Of a stretch of DNA of 52,177 nt, positions 7,337-17,329 are shown in pieces. This DNA is from Chloroflexota bacterium. GTDB taxonomy: Bacteria > Chloroflexota > Dormibacteria > Aeolococcales > Aeolococcaceae. The stretch covers positions 1-52,177 of the forward strand of contig JAXDLT010000047.1 of the NCBI GenBank assembly GCA_034666465.1, read 5' to 3'. A program made the translations under genes and the position numbers. The notes under the pieces are model-generated. The model searched no databases. It was not told the origin of the DNA and worked only from the letters and a program-made list of their open reading frames with translations. Within the stretch, counting starts at the first letter, position 1; each line of letters opens with the position of its first letter.

Positions 7337-9007
7337 TCAGCGCGGGATGAAGGCGAGATGCTCGTGGACCGAGCGCACCGCGGCAGACCCCTCGCCGACC
7401 GCCGCCGCCACCCGCTTCACCGACCCGGAGCGGACGTCTCCCACCGCGAACAGCCCCGGCGAGCTCGTCTCGAACGGAAGAGGTCGCCGTCCGAGCGCTC
7501 GCCACCGCTCGTCGAGCCGGTCGTCGGTCAACGACCGGTCGGTGAGGACGAAGCCGCGGTCATCGAGGGCGGTGCACCCCGACAGCCACTCGGATGCGGG
7601 GTCGGCGCCGATGAACGAGAACAGCGACACGCAGGGCAGGGCCGCCTCGCCGGCGGATCCGGCGACGGTGACGCTGCCGAGCGTCTCGTCTCCGTCGAGC
7701 CCCACGATGTTGGTCTGGGTCATGACCTGCACATTGGGGTGATTCTCCAAACGGTCGACGAGGTAGCGGGACATCTGGGCGTCGAGCTCCGGCCCTCTGA
7801 TGACCACGGTCACCGGACTTCCCAGGTCGGCGAGGTAGGCCGCCGCCTGTCCGGCGGAGTTGCCGCCACCGACGACCACGACGGGGTTCCCGGCGCACTG
7901 GCGCGCCTCCACGTCGGTGGCGGCGTAGTAGACGCCTCTCCCCTCGAACTCCTGCAGGCGATCGACCATGAGCCGCCGGTAGCGAGCGCCCGATGCCACG
8001 ATCACCGCCCGCCCGGCGACGGAGGTGCGGTCGGAGAGGTCGATGACGAGATGGCCGGCCTCCTCCCGCAGCGCACTCGCCGCGCAGGGTGCGCTGAGCT
8101 GAGCGCCGAACTTCTCGGCCTGCACCAGCCCGCGCTGGGTGAGATCGCCGCCGGAGACGCCGAGGGGGAAGCCGAAGTAGTTCTCGATCCTCGAGCTCGT
8201 CCCGGCCTGGCCGCCGGAGGCGACACTGTCCAGCATCAGCGTCCGCAGGCCCTCGGACGCCCCGTAGACCGCCGCCGCGAGGCCCCCCGGCCCGGCGCCG
8301 ACGACGACGAGGTCGAAGCAGCGGCTGGGGAGGTTTCCCACCGTGAGCCCGAGGTACTCGGCGAGCGCCCCGGGGCTGGGCCGGCGGAGGACCGTGCCGG
8401 AGACGATGACGACCGGCAGCTCCGACGGCTGGATGCCGAACTCCCGAAGCAGGCTCTCCACCTGCGGGTCGGCGTCGGGGTCGAGCCACTCGTGGGGCAG
8501 GCGGCTCCGGGCGAGGAACTCGCGGACCTGGAGGGACTCCGGCGAGAACCGGGAGCCCACCACACGCGTGGCCGCCGCGGCGCCGGTGAGGAGCGCGGTC
8601 CGGCGGGCCATGAACGCGGCGAGGATCTTGTCGCTGAGCCTGGGCAGGGTGGCGATGACCCGCCGGAGCGCATCGGCCGGCACGACCAGGACCTCGCCGG
8701 CCTCGCCGACCCGCGCCGACACGAAGACCCTCTGGCGGGTGAGGAGGTTCAGCTCGCCGAGGAAGCGTCCGCGATCGTGGCTGGCGATGAGCCGCTCCTC
8801 GCCGCCGGCGCGGAGGACGATGTCCACCCGGCCCGAGAGGACGACGTAGAAGTCGTAGGCGGGGTCACCCTCGCGGTAGAGGTACTCGCCGACCTCGACC
8901 GTTCGACGGCTGCCGAGCGGCTCCAGAGATGCGAGCTCGGAGTCGTCGAGGGTCGGAAAGGCGGACTCGTCGGTCACCGCCGGGGTGGGAGGGTTCGGGG
9001 AGGTCAT
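7337..9007 (-). CDS. Cyclic-nucleotide-binding domain fused to a thioredoxin-reductase-like FAD/NAD(P) oxidoreductase
   Basis: 556 aa. The N-terminal cNMP-binding fold reads GEYLYREGDPAYDFYVVLSGRV..GRFLGELNLL. The C-terminal half has DLVVVGAGPGGLAAAVYGASEGL, VVVVGGGNSAGQAAAYL and GLFAVGDVR. I see no CxxC redox pair where TrxR has one (..ATDVEARQCAG..). Confidence 0.85.
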   Translation of the reverse strand: MTSPNPPTPAVTDESAFPTLDDSELASLEPLGSRRTVEVGEYLYREGDPAYDFYVVLSGRVDIVLRAGGEERLIASHDRGRFLGELNLLTRQRVFVSARVGEAGEVLVVPADALRRVIATLPRLSDKILAAFMARRTALLTGAAAATRVVGSRFSPESLQVREFLARSRLPHEWLDPDADPQVESLLREFGIQPSELPVVIVSGTVLRRPSPGALAEYLGLTVGNLPSRCFDLVVVGAGPGGLAAAVYGASEGLRTLMLDSVASGGQAGTSSRIENYFGFPLGVSGGDLTQRGLVQAEKFGAQLSAPCAASALREEAGHLVIDLSDRTSVAGRAVIVASGARYRRLMVDRLQEFEGRGVYYAATDVEARQCAGNPVVVVGGGNSAGQAAAYLADLGSPVTVVIRGPELDAQMSRYLVDRLENHPNVQVMTQTNIVGLDGDETLGSVTVAGSAGEAALPCVSLFSFIGADPASEWLSGCTALDDRGFVLTDRSLTDDRLDERWRALGRRPLPFETSSPGLFAVGDVRSGSVKRVAAAVGEGSAAVRSVHEHLAFIPR

Positions 9008-9717
9008 GGGTTCCTTCGTGGAGGCCGAGCCGGTCTCGGCCTGGTCGGTCGCGCGGCGGCGGCGCGGATGGTGGCGAGGGCGCCCTCGAGGGCAACCTCG
9101 AGCGGCGCGGCGTCGCGCCGAGTCTGCGAGAGCAGGAGGCCGCCCTGGAGCGCGGCGAGCACGGTCAGGGCGAGGGCGTGGGTGTCCGCGTCCGCACCGA
9201 GCAGCCCCTTCGTCCGCATGGCGTCGAGGCCCTCGCGGAACGCAGCCTCCCAGCGGTCGAACCCGCCGGCGAGGAGCTCGCGCGCCCGCTCGTCGACGTC
9301 GGCCAGCTCGGACGCCAGCGATCCGAGGGGGCAGCCCCCGTGGTGGCGTCGCCGCTGCACGTCGACGACGATCTCCCGCCAGGACTCCCAGGCCTCCCAG
9401 GAGTCCAGGTGGTGGAGATACGGTTCCTGAGCATCGAGCACCTCATCGGTCGCATGGCTGATCACCGCGCGGAGCAACTCCCCCCTGTCGGCGAAGTAGT
9501 GGTAGAGCTGGGAGCGGCCGACGCCGGCGGCCAGCCCCACGTCGTCGAGGCTGGTGCCCGCGACCCCGCGCTCGTAGACGAGCCTCGCCGCCGCGTCGAC
9601 GATGCGCGCGCGCGTCGCCCGCCCCTTGGACGTCACCGGGGACGAGTCCCTGGGGACCGGAGAGGAGCCCGTCATCGTCTCGGTTGCCGTCCGCGCTGGG
9701 TCACCTGCCTCGACCAC
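9004..9717 (-). CDS. TetR/AcrR-family transcriptional regulator
   Basis: 237 aa maximum. The HTH region reads RARIVDAAARLVYERGVAGTSLDDVGLAAGVGRSQLYHYF. The stop overlaps the ATG of the downstream flavoprotein gene (ATGA at 9004-9007). The start could be GTG 9717 or ATG 9675. Confidence 0.85.
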   Translation of the reverse strand: MVEAGDPARTATETMTGSSPVPRDSSPVTSKGRATRARIVDAAARLVYERGVAGTSLDDVGLAAGVGRSQLYHYFADRGELLRAVISHATDEVLDAQEPYLHHLDSWEAWESWREIVVDVQRRRHHGGCPLGSLASELADVDERARELLAGGFDRWEAAFREGLDAMRTKGLLGADADTHALALTVLAALQGGLLLSQTRRDAAPLEVALEGALATIRAAAARPTRPRPARPPRRNP

Positions 9718-9725
9718 AGCCTAGC

Positions 9726-9778
9726 AGAATGTACTTGACAGTACAATCGGTGGTAGGCTGTACCGGATAGTACATTCT
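9726..9778. promoter_or_regulatory. Twin 16-bp palindromic operators (TGTACTtgacAGTACA and TGTACCggatAGTACA), probable TetR binding sites
   Basis: Site 1 at 9730-9745 has perfect 6-4-6 architecture. Site 2 at 9759-9774 has one mismatch. Their centres are 29 bp apart. The outer 10-mers AGAATGTACT (9726-9735) and AGTACATTCT (9769-9778) are exact reverse complements. This is an AT-rich island immediately upstream of the TetR gene. Confidence 0.55.
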
Positions 9779-9800
9779 CTCCCTTCCCCGGAGGACCGCG

Positions 9801-9926
9801 ATGACCACCGCGAGCTACTTCGACGCCTACGAGAACCTCGCCATGACCCGCGACGGCAACGGCGCTCTCAGGGGTTCGGCGGGCCGAGGTACGGGAACTC
9901 GGTCAGCAGGTCGTGGTGTGATTTGA
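9801..9926 (+). pseudogene. Short ORF that looks like the 5' remnant of a truncated gene divergent from the TetR gene
   Basis: GGAGGA lies 5 nt before ATG 9801. The first 23 codons (MTTASYFDAYENLAMTRDGNGAL) have G/C at the third position in 22 of 23 codons. After about 9869, GC3 collapses and the ORF runs antisense into the DUF4331 3' end. Confidence 0.3.
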
Positions 9927-10851
9927 GGCCGGTCGGCGGGACCCTGCCGTTGGTCAGCCAGGCGAAGCGAAAGCTGTAGACGTCGTCGATGGGATGGCGG
10001 CCGTTGGGGTAGGCGACGGGCCTGCTGCGGTCGTACCGGAGGATGTCGGGCAGGAACATGAGGGCTTCCTGCCTGGCCTCGTCGGGCGGGTAGCCGCCCT
10101 TCTCCAGCACCGTGGACCACGGTCCCAGATAGTTGGCCACGTCGTCGGCGGGCTGCCGGGAGTTGTAGAGGTCCTTCTCGCCGTCGGGGGTGATGAACGG
10201 GTTGATGGTCGGGTTCCCGCCGCGGTCCATCTGCCTGAACGTTCCGTCCTGGGGCAGGCTGATCGTGGCCCAGACGCCGATCACCGGGCTCCCGCCCAGC
10301 ATGCCGTCCGGCACCTCCAGCACGATCGACAGGATGTTGTTGCCGGCGAAGTCGTCGTGCCCGGTCCATTGGAATCCGTGCAGGGCTCCCTCGATGTCGG
10401 CGAAGAACGGCTCGCTGCGCGCCCCGGCGAACACCCGGATCCCTCCGGCGTCGACGGGCTGCGCCATCGCATCGAAGGTGACCGGGACGGACGCGGTGAG
10501 CTCCTCGCCGGCCGGCCCCGTCTCGCGGGCCTGGGTGCCGCTGGCGTGGTGGACCGTCCCGGTCTGGACACCGTTCACGAGCTCGGAGAAGGTGAACGTG
10601 AAGGCGACGTCGGCCTGCGCGTCGCCGTCGTTGTCGATGTTGATCCGGTACACCGCATCCGGGTGAAAATCCCGGCTGGTGATGACCGTTGCGGGCAGCT
10701 CGATCGGGGGCCTGACCGTCGGGTTCGAGTCGATGATCAGCACCGTCCTGCCCGGGTGCTCTGCTGACCTGAAGGCGAACACGTCGGTGAGGTCCAGCCG
10801 CGTGTCATCGCCGGGAAACCTGAGATTGTCGGCGCTGAAGTGGTTCGACAT
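9868..10851 (-). CDS. DUF4331-family protein (function unknown)
   Basis: 327 aa. The N-terminus MSNHFSADNLRFPGDDTRLDLTDVFAFRS matches my recollection of the DUF4331 N-terminal signature. AGGAG lies 6 nt before the ATG, and the gene starts 33 nt downstream of the MLI-like gene. Confidence 0.7.
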   Translation of the reverse strand: MSNHFSADNLRFPGDDTRLDLTDVFAFRSAEHPGRTVLIIDSNPTVRPPIELPATVITSRDFHPDAVYRINIDNDGDAQADVAFTFTFSELVNGVQTGTVHHASGTQARETGPAGEELTASVPVTFDAMAQPVDAGGIRVFAGARSEPFFADIEGALHGFQWTGHDDFAGNNILSIVLEVPDGMLGGSPVIGVWATISLPQDGTFRQMDRGGNPTINPFITPDGEKDLYNSRQPADDVANYLGPWSTVLEKGGYPPDEARQEALMFLPDILRYDRSRPVAYPNGRHPIDDVYSFRFAWLTNGRVPPTGLKSHHDLLTEFPYLGPPNP

Positions 10852-10884
10852 CGTTGCTCCTGGATTGAGGTGGCTGGGTTTCGC

Positions 10885-11523
10885 TCACGCGCCCGCCGTC
10901 ATCCTGCCGGTGATCGCGGGGTCGTTCGGGTGCTGGCTGAGCGGGGTGGTGCCCACCGTCATCCAGGCATACAGCGGCAGCGACTCCATGATCGAGTGCA
11001 TCGCGGCAGGGTCGTGGGCTCGCCACAGGCCCAGCGTGCGCCACCTGCCCGGCTGGGCCGGCAGCGACCAGAGCCGGAGGAGGTGTCCCTTCTCGGCCAG
11101 CTCACGCGCACGTACCGCCTCGCGCGCCGTGGTGTCAGCGACGGTCTGGCAGGCTGTGCCATCGGGGACGGTGATGGTCAGGGTGATCAGAAACTCCATG
11201 GCTCGCTCCCTGGTTTCGGTGTGCGGATGATCCGGATCTCCGGGGTCATTCGGGTGAGGCGCGAGCGGTGCGACCTCATCTGTCCGCCACACACGCAGCG
11301 GCATCGAGGTGAGGACTTCCTCCAGCTGACCACCGTCAGCGGCGGCGAAGAGTCCGAGCGTGCGCCATTCCCCTGGTTGCAGTGGAGGACGCCACAGGCG
11401 AAGCAGGTGTCCCTGCGCGGCGAGCTCGCGGGAGCGTTCAGCCTCGCGTGCGCGGATGGCCTGGACCGTCTCGTCCGACGTCCCGTCGGGAACGTGGGTG
11501 GTCATCGTGACGAGATACTCCAT
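10885..11523 (-). CDS. Tandem (two-domain) muconolactone delta-isomerase-like protein
   Basis: ORF 10885..11598. I prefer ATG 11523 (MEYLVTM), which has AGGAGG upstream. There are two repeats of about 95 aa: MEYLVTMTTHVPDGT..GHLLRLWRPPLQPGEWRTLGLF..HPNDP and MEFLITLTITVPDGT..GHLLRLWSLPAQPGRWRTLGLW..HPNDP. Both resemble the MLI (CatC) ferredoxin-like fold family. Confidence 0.75.
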   Translation of the reverse strand: MEYLVTMTTHVPDGTSDETVQAIRAREAERSRELAAQGHLLRLWRPPLQPGEWRTLGLFAAADGGQLEEVLTSMPLRVWRTDEVAPLAPHPNDPGDPDHPHTETRERAMEFLITLTITVPDGTACQTVADTTAREAVRARELAEKGHLLRLWSLPAQPGRWRTLGLWRAHDPAAMHSIMESLPLYAWMTVGTTPLSQHPNDPAITGRMTAGA

Positions 11524-11646
11524 GGTTGGCGCCTCCTGGGTAGGCAGCAGTGCTCCGCATTGGCCCCATCCTGCCCCTGCCACCAGGACCGGCGCCACGA
11601 CCAGCTTCCTCTCTCCTGTTAGGCGCAGCCTCCCACGGCACGTACC

Positions 11647-12570
11647 ATGTCAGGCATGGAGCTGCGCCAACTCCGGTACTTCCTCGCGGTGGCCGAGGAG
11701 CTGAACTTCGGCCGGGCCGCCGAGCGACTGCTGATCGCCGGACCCTCCCTCTCTCAGCAGATCAAGGCGCTCGAACACGACCTGGGGGTGCGGCTCTTCG
11801 ACCGCGACCGCCGCTCGGTGGCCCTCACCCCAGCCGGCGCGGCCCTGCTCCCACACACCAGGGCGTTGCTGGAACGGGCCGCCGACCTGCGGCGCCGCGC
11901 CGGCCAGATGTCTGGCTCCGAACCGGTCCGGCTCGGCTACGTCAGCTGGCTGCCCGCAGACTTGACCGCCCGCACCTCCGCGGTAGCGCAGCTGCACATC
12001 GACGCCTGGATCGCGCCATCGCACACACAGACCGTCCGGGTCGCGGACGGCAGCCTGGACTTGGCGGTGTGCTGGGTCCGCACACAGGACCTGGAGCAGT
12101 ACGGGCTCATAGCCCGGCTCATCGGCGCCGACCGCCTCTACGCGGTCGCCACCGGTGACGACACCAGCGATGTCCGCGCCGAGGATACCGCTGTTCTCCT
12201 CGATGACGACATCACCTCCTGGGCATCCTGGAACCTCTATGCCGAACAACTGGCCCGTGACACCGGCGCCCGCGTGGTACGGATCTCCGACGGCGGCATC
12301 ACCGGCCCCGCCTTCTTCGACCACGTGCGCCGCAGCCGCAGCCCCATCGTCAACTCGCCCAAGGGCCAGGCCACGCCGCTTCCGCCCGACCTGGTCCGGC
12401 GCCCGGTGAGCGCCCCGGAGGTCTACTGGACCTGGTCATTGGTCTGGCGACGCGGCGAGGCGCGCGCCGCCGTCCTGGCGGTGGTGGACGGCCTCACCCA
12501 CGGGGTCGGCGACCTCGAAATCCATCCGCCGGACGCTTGGCTGCCCGACAGCGACCCGCACAACCAGTAG
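11647..12570 (+). CDS. LysR-family transcriptional regulator
   Basis: 307 aa with MELRQLRYFLAVAEELNFGRAAERLLIAGPSLSQQIKALEHDLGVRLFDRDRRSVALTPAG. It is divergent from the MLI-like/DUF4331 operon. ATG 11656 is an alternative start. Confidence 0.9.
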   Translation: MSGMELRQLRYFLAVAEELNFGRAAERLLIAGPSLSQQIKALEHDLGVRLFDRDRRSVALTPAGAALLPHTRALLERAADLRRRAGQMSGSEPVRLGYVSWLPADLTARTSAVAQLHIDAWIAPSHTQTVRVADGSLDLAVCWVRTQDLEQYGLIARLIGADRLYAVATGDDTSDVRAEDTAVLLDDDITSWASWNLYAEQLARDTGARVVRISDGGITGPAFFDHVRRSRSPIVNSPKGQATPLPPDLVRRPVSAPEVYWTWSLVWRRGEARAAVLAVVDGLTHGVGDLEIHPPDAWLPDSDPHNQ

Positions 12571-12686
12571 GTATCCCGCTGCAGACGGGGTGCCGCTCAG
12601 GCCGAGACACGCCGTGAACCGCGCTGGGTTCGGTGCAGACTCAGGGGGGGTTGACGGAGCAGTTCGGCGTGGCGCGTCGAGTGGTG

Positions 12687-12723
12687 GTTCGGTGACCGGT
12701 TCACCTCGAACCGGTCACCGAAC
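12687..12723. terminator. Perfect 16-bp stem / 5-nt loop hairpin between the convergent lysR-like and katG genes
   Basis: GTTCGGTGACCGGTTC-acctc-GAACCGGTCACCGAAC, read directly. It ends 12 nt from the katG stop codon. There is no U-tract, as is common in high-GC actinobacteria. Confidence 0.6.
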
Positions 12724-12734
12724 GGGAACGTCGA

Positions 12735-15390
<2,656 letters not shown>

Positions 15391-15399
15391 CGCGGGGGA

Positions 15400-15429
15400 A
15401 CCTTACGCCGCCTAGGTTGATCCTGTCAA
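15400..15429 (-). promoter_or_regulatory. furA promoter: TTGACA - 18 nt - TAAGGT, giving a (near-)leaderless transcript
   Basis: On the minus strand the -35 TTGACA is at 15424-15429 and the -10 TAAGGT is at 15400-15405. Only 9 nt separate the -10 from the furA ATG (15390), and there is no SD. Confidence 0.5.
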
Positions 15430-15431
15430 GG

Positions 15432-15450
15432 TTTTGGATAGTATCCAAAA
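15432..15450. promoter_or_regulatory. Perfect 19-bp palindrome TTTTGGATAgTATCCAAAA abutting the furA -35 (putative FurA box)
   Basis: Read directly. It has 9-1-9 symmetry, is AT-rich in a GC-rich background, and lies 2 nt upstream of the -35 hexamer. Confidence 0.6.
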
Positions 15451-15474
15451 AGGTCGGCCCGCGCAGGTTGGCGC

Positions 15475-17325
15475 TTATGCAGCCAGCACGCGCTCGTGAG
15501 CGAGCTGGGCGCCGAGAACATGGGCGAACAACTCCATCGCCGCCCGGACCGTGCCGGGGAGTTTCCGCTCCGCAGCGCTCGCGCCACCGATCCAGCCGAT
15601 GAGGCCGCCATCAGACCCGAACATCGGCACGCTCAGCTCGGTCAGGAGGCTCAGCGCTTCCGACAGTGGCCTGCAGTCACCGTCATCGGTCGGCGAGTAC
15701 GCGACGACCAACCCCTCTGGCACCACCAGCCGATCGCCATTGTGAACGTACCAGACCTTGCCCGCCCGTCCCTCGAGCCGGCGGAGCACATAGGTGCAGT
15801 CCAGGCCGCTGAGCTCCTGTAGATCTGCAAGCAACCGCCGGACCAGAGGCTCCAGATCCGGCTCCGCAGACACCACCTCGGAGATGGCGTCCAGCTGCTC
15901 ATCGCCCGTCTTCATGAGCACTCCGAAGGCCGCGAGGGCCATCGAGCGTCGGAATTTGCGTTCAAAAGTGGTGGGATCGACCGGACGGCTGAAGATGTAG
16001 CCCTGCGCCTCGTCACACCCGTGGAGACGCAGGAATGCGAGCTGGTCCGTGGTCTCAACGCCTTCAGCCACGACCCGCAGCCCCAAGCCGTGACCCATCG
16101 CGATGATGGCTCCCAGCAGCGGTGCCCTGTCGCCGCCCGTCACCAACTCGTCGACGAAGCCCTTGTCGATCTTCAGTGTATCCCCGGGGAAATGGCGAAG
16201 GGTGTCCAACATCGAATAGCCGGTGCCGAAGTCGTCGATGGCGACACGTACTCCCATCGCCTGAAGGCGGTGGACGGTCTTCGCAGTATTCTCGTGCCGG
16301 ACGGCCACTCGTTCGCTGAGTTCCACCTCCATCTGGCCCGGGGGCAGACCATGGCGGCGCAGGCTCTCCGCGACGCGGTCCACGACGCTTCCGTCGTCGA
16401 ATTGGCCACCCGAGGCGTTGACCGAGATGCGGACTGGAGGCAGTCCCGCGTCCCGCCAGGCCCTTGCCTGGGCACAGGCGGTGTCGATGACCCATGCATC
16501 GATGTCCGCGATCAGTCCGGCTCTCTCGGCGATGGGGATGAAGCGGTCCGGTCCGATGGTTCCGCGTACAGGGTGATCCCACCGGACCAGGGCTTCGGCG
16601 CCGACCATGCAGCCCGAACGCAGATCGACCAGGGGCTGGTACACGAGGCGCATCTCCCCACGCTCCACGGCGCGCCAGAGGTCACGCTCCAGAGCGGTCC
16701 GGTCGAGCAGGGCGTCGTGCATGCTGCGGTCGAAGACCACGCGACGACCCTTGCCGCTCTCCTTTGCTGAGCACATGGCAATGTCCGCGTTGCGCAGCAG
16801 CTGGTCGGGATCGGTCTCGTTGGCATGGGCCACTGCCACCCCAACGCTGACGCTGATGAAGACCTCACGCCCCTGAACGGTGAACGGCTGCCGTAGGGCG
16901 GCAAGAATCCGGTCCGCGACACGCTTGGCGTCGTCGACGCTGGCGACGTCCTCGAGCAGGACAGCGAACTCGTCGCCCCCGAGCCGCGCGGCGCTGTCAC
17001 CGGGGCGCAGGCACGCCCTCATCCGCTCAGCTGCCGCGATCAGCAGCTCGTCGCCTGCAGCGTGACCAAGGCCGTCGTTCACCTGCTTGAAGTTGTCGAG
17101 GTCGAGATAGAGAACCCCCGCCGCTGAACGCAGGCGCCCGACCCGAGCGAGGTTGATCGCGAGGCGGTCCAGGAAGAGCGCTCGGTTGGCGACGCCGGTC
17201 AGGGGATCGTGGAGGGCGTCTCGGGTGGCGCGCTCGGCGATGGCCTCGGCTTCGAGACGGGCTCGGCGCTCCCGTTCGTATTTGCGTCGCAGCCGCCGCG
17301 CCTCCTCCCGTTCGACCTCACACAT
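15475..17325 (-). CDS. GGDEF-EAL diguanylate cyclase/phosphodiesterase with an N-terminal coiled coil and a C-terminal GAF-like domain
   Basis: 616 aa with RLGGDEF, an RxxD I-site (RPGD) 5 residues upstream of it, GAEALVRW, DDFGTGYS, KIDKGFV and EGVET. About 155 extra residues follow the EAL domain. Confidence 0.9.
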   Translation of the reverse strand: MCEVEREEARRLRRKYERERRARLEAEAIAERATRDALHDPLTGVANRALFLDRLAINLARVGRLRSAAGVLYLDLDNFKQVNDGLGHAAGDELLIAAAERMRACLRPGDSAARLGGDEFAVLLEDVASVDDAKRVADRILAALRQPFTVQGREVFISVSVGVAVAHANETDPDQLLRNADIAMCSAKESGKGRRVVFDRSMHDALLDRTALERDLWRAVERGEMRLVYQPLVDLRSGCMVGAEALVRWDHPVRGTIGPDRFIPIAERAGLIADIDAWVIDTACAQARAWRDAGLPPVRISVNASGGQFDDGSVVDRVAESLRRHGLPPGQMEVELSERVAVRHENTAKTVHRLQAMGVRVAIDDFGTGYSMLDTLRHFPGDTLKIDKGFVDELVTGGDRAPLLGAIIAMGHGLGLRVVAEGVETTDQLAFLRLHGCDEAQGYIFSRPVDPTTFERKFRRSMALAAFGVLMKTGDEQLDAISEVVSAEPDLEPLVRRLLADLQELSGLDCTYVLRRLEGRAGKVWYVHNGDRLVVPEGLVVAYSPTDDGDCRPLSEALSLLTELSVPMFGSDGGLIGWIGGASAAERKLPGTVRAAMELFAHVLGAQLAHERVLAA

Positions 17326-17329
17326 ACCG

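Noticed and set aside
11524-11646. LysR T-N11-A box in the lysR / MLI-like divergent spacer.
   Set aside because: I could not identify a convincing dyad-symmetric T-N11-A site by eye. This needs comparative alignment.
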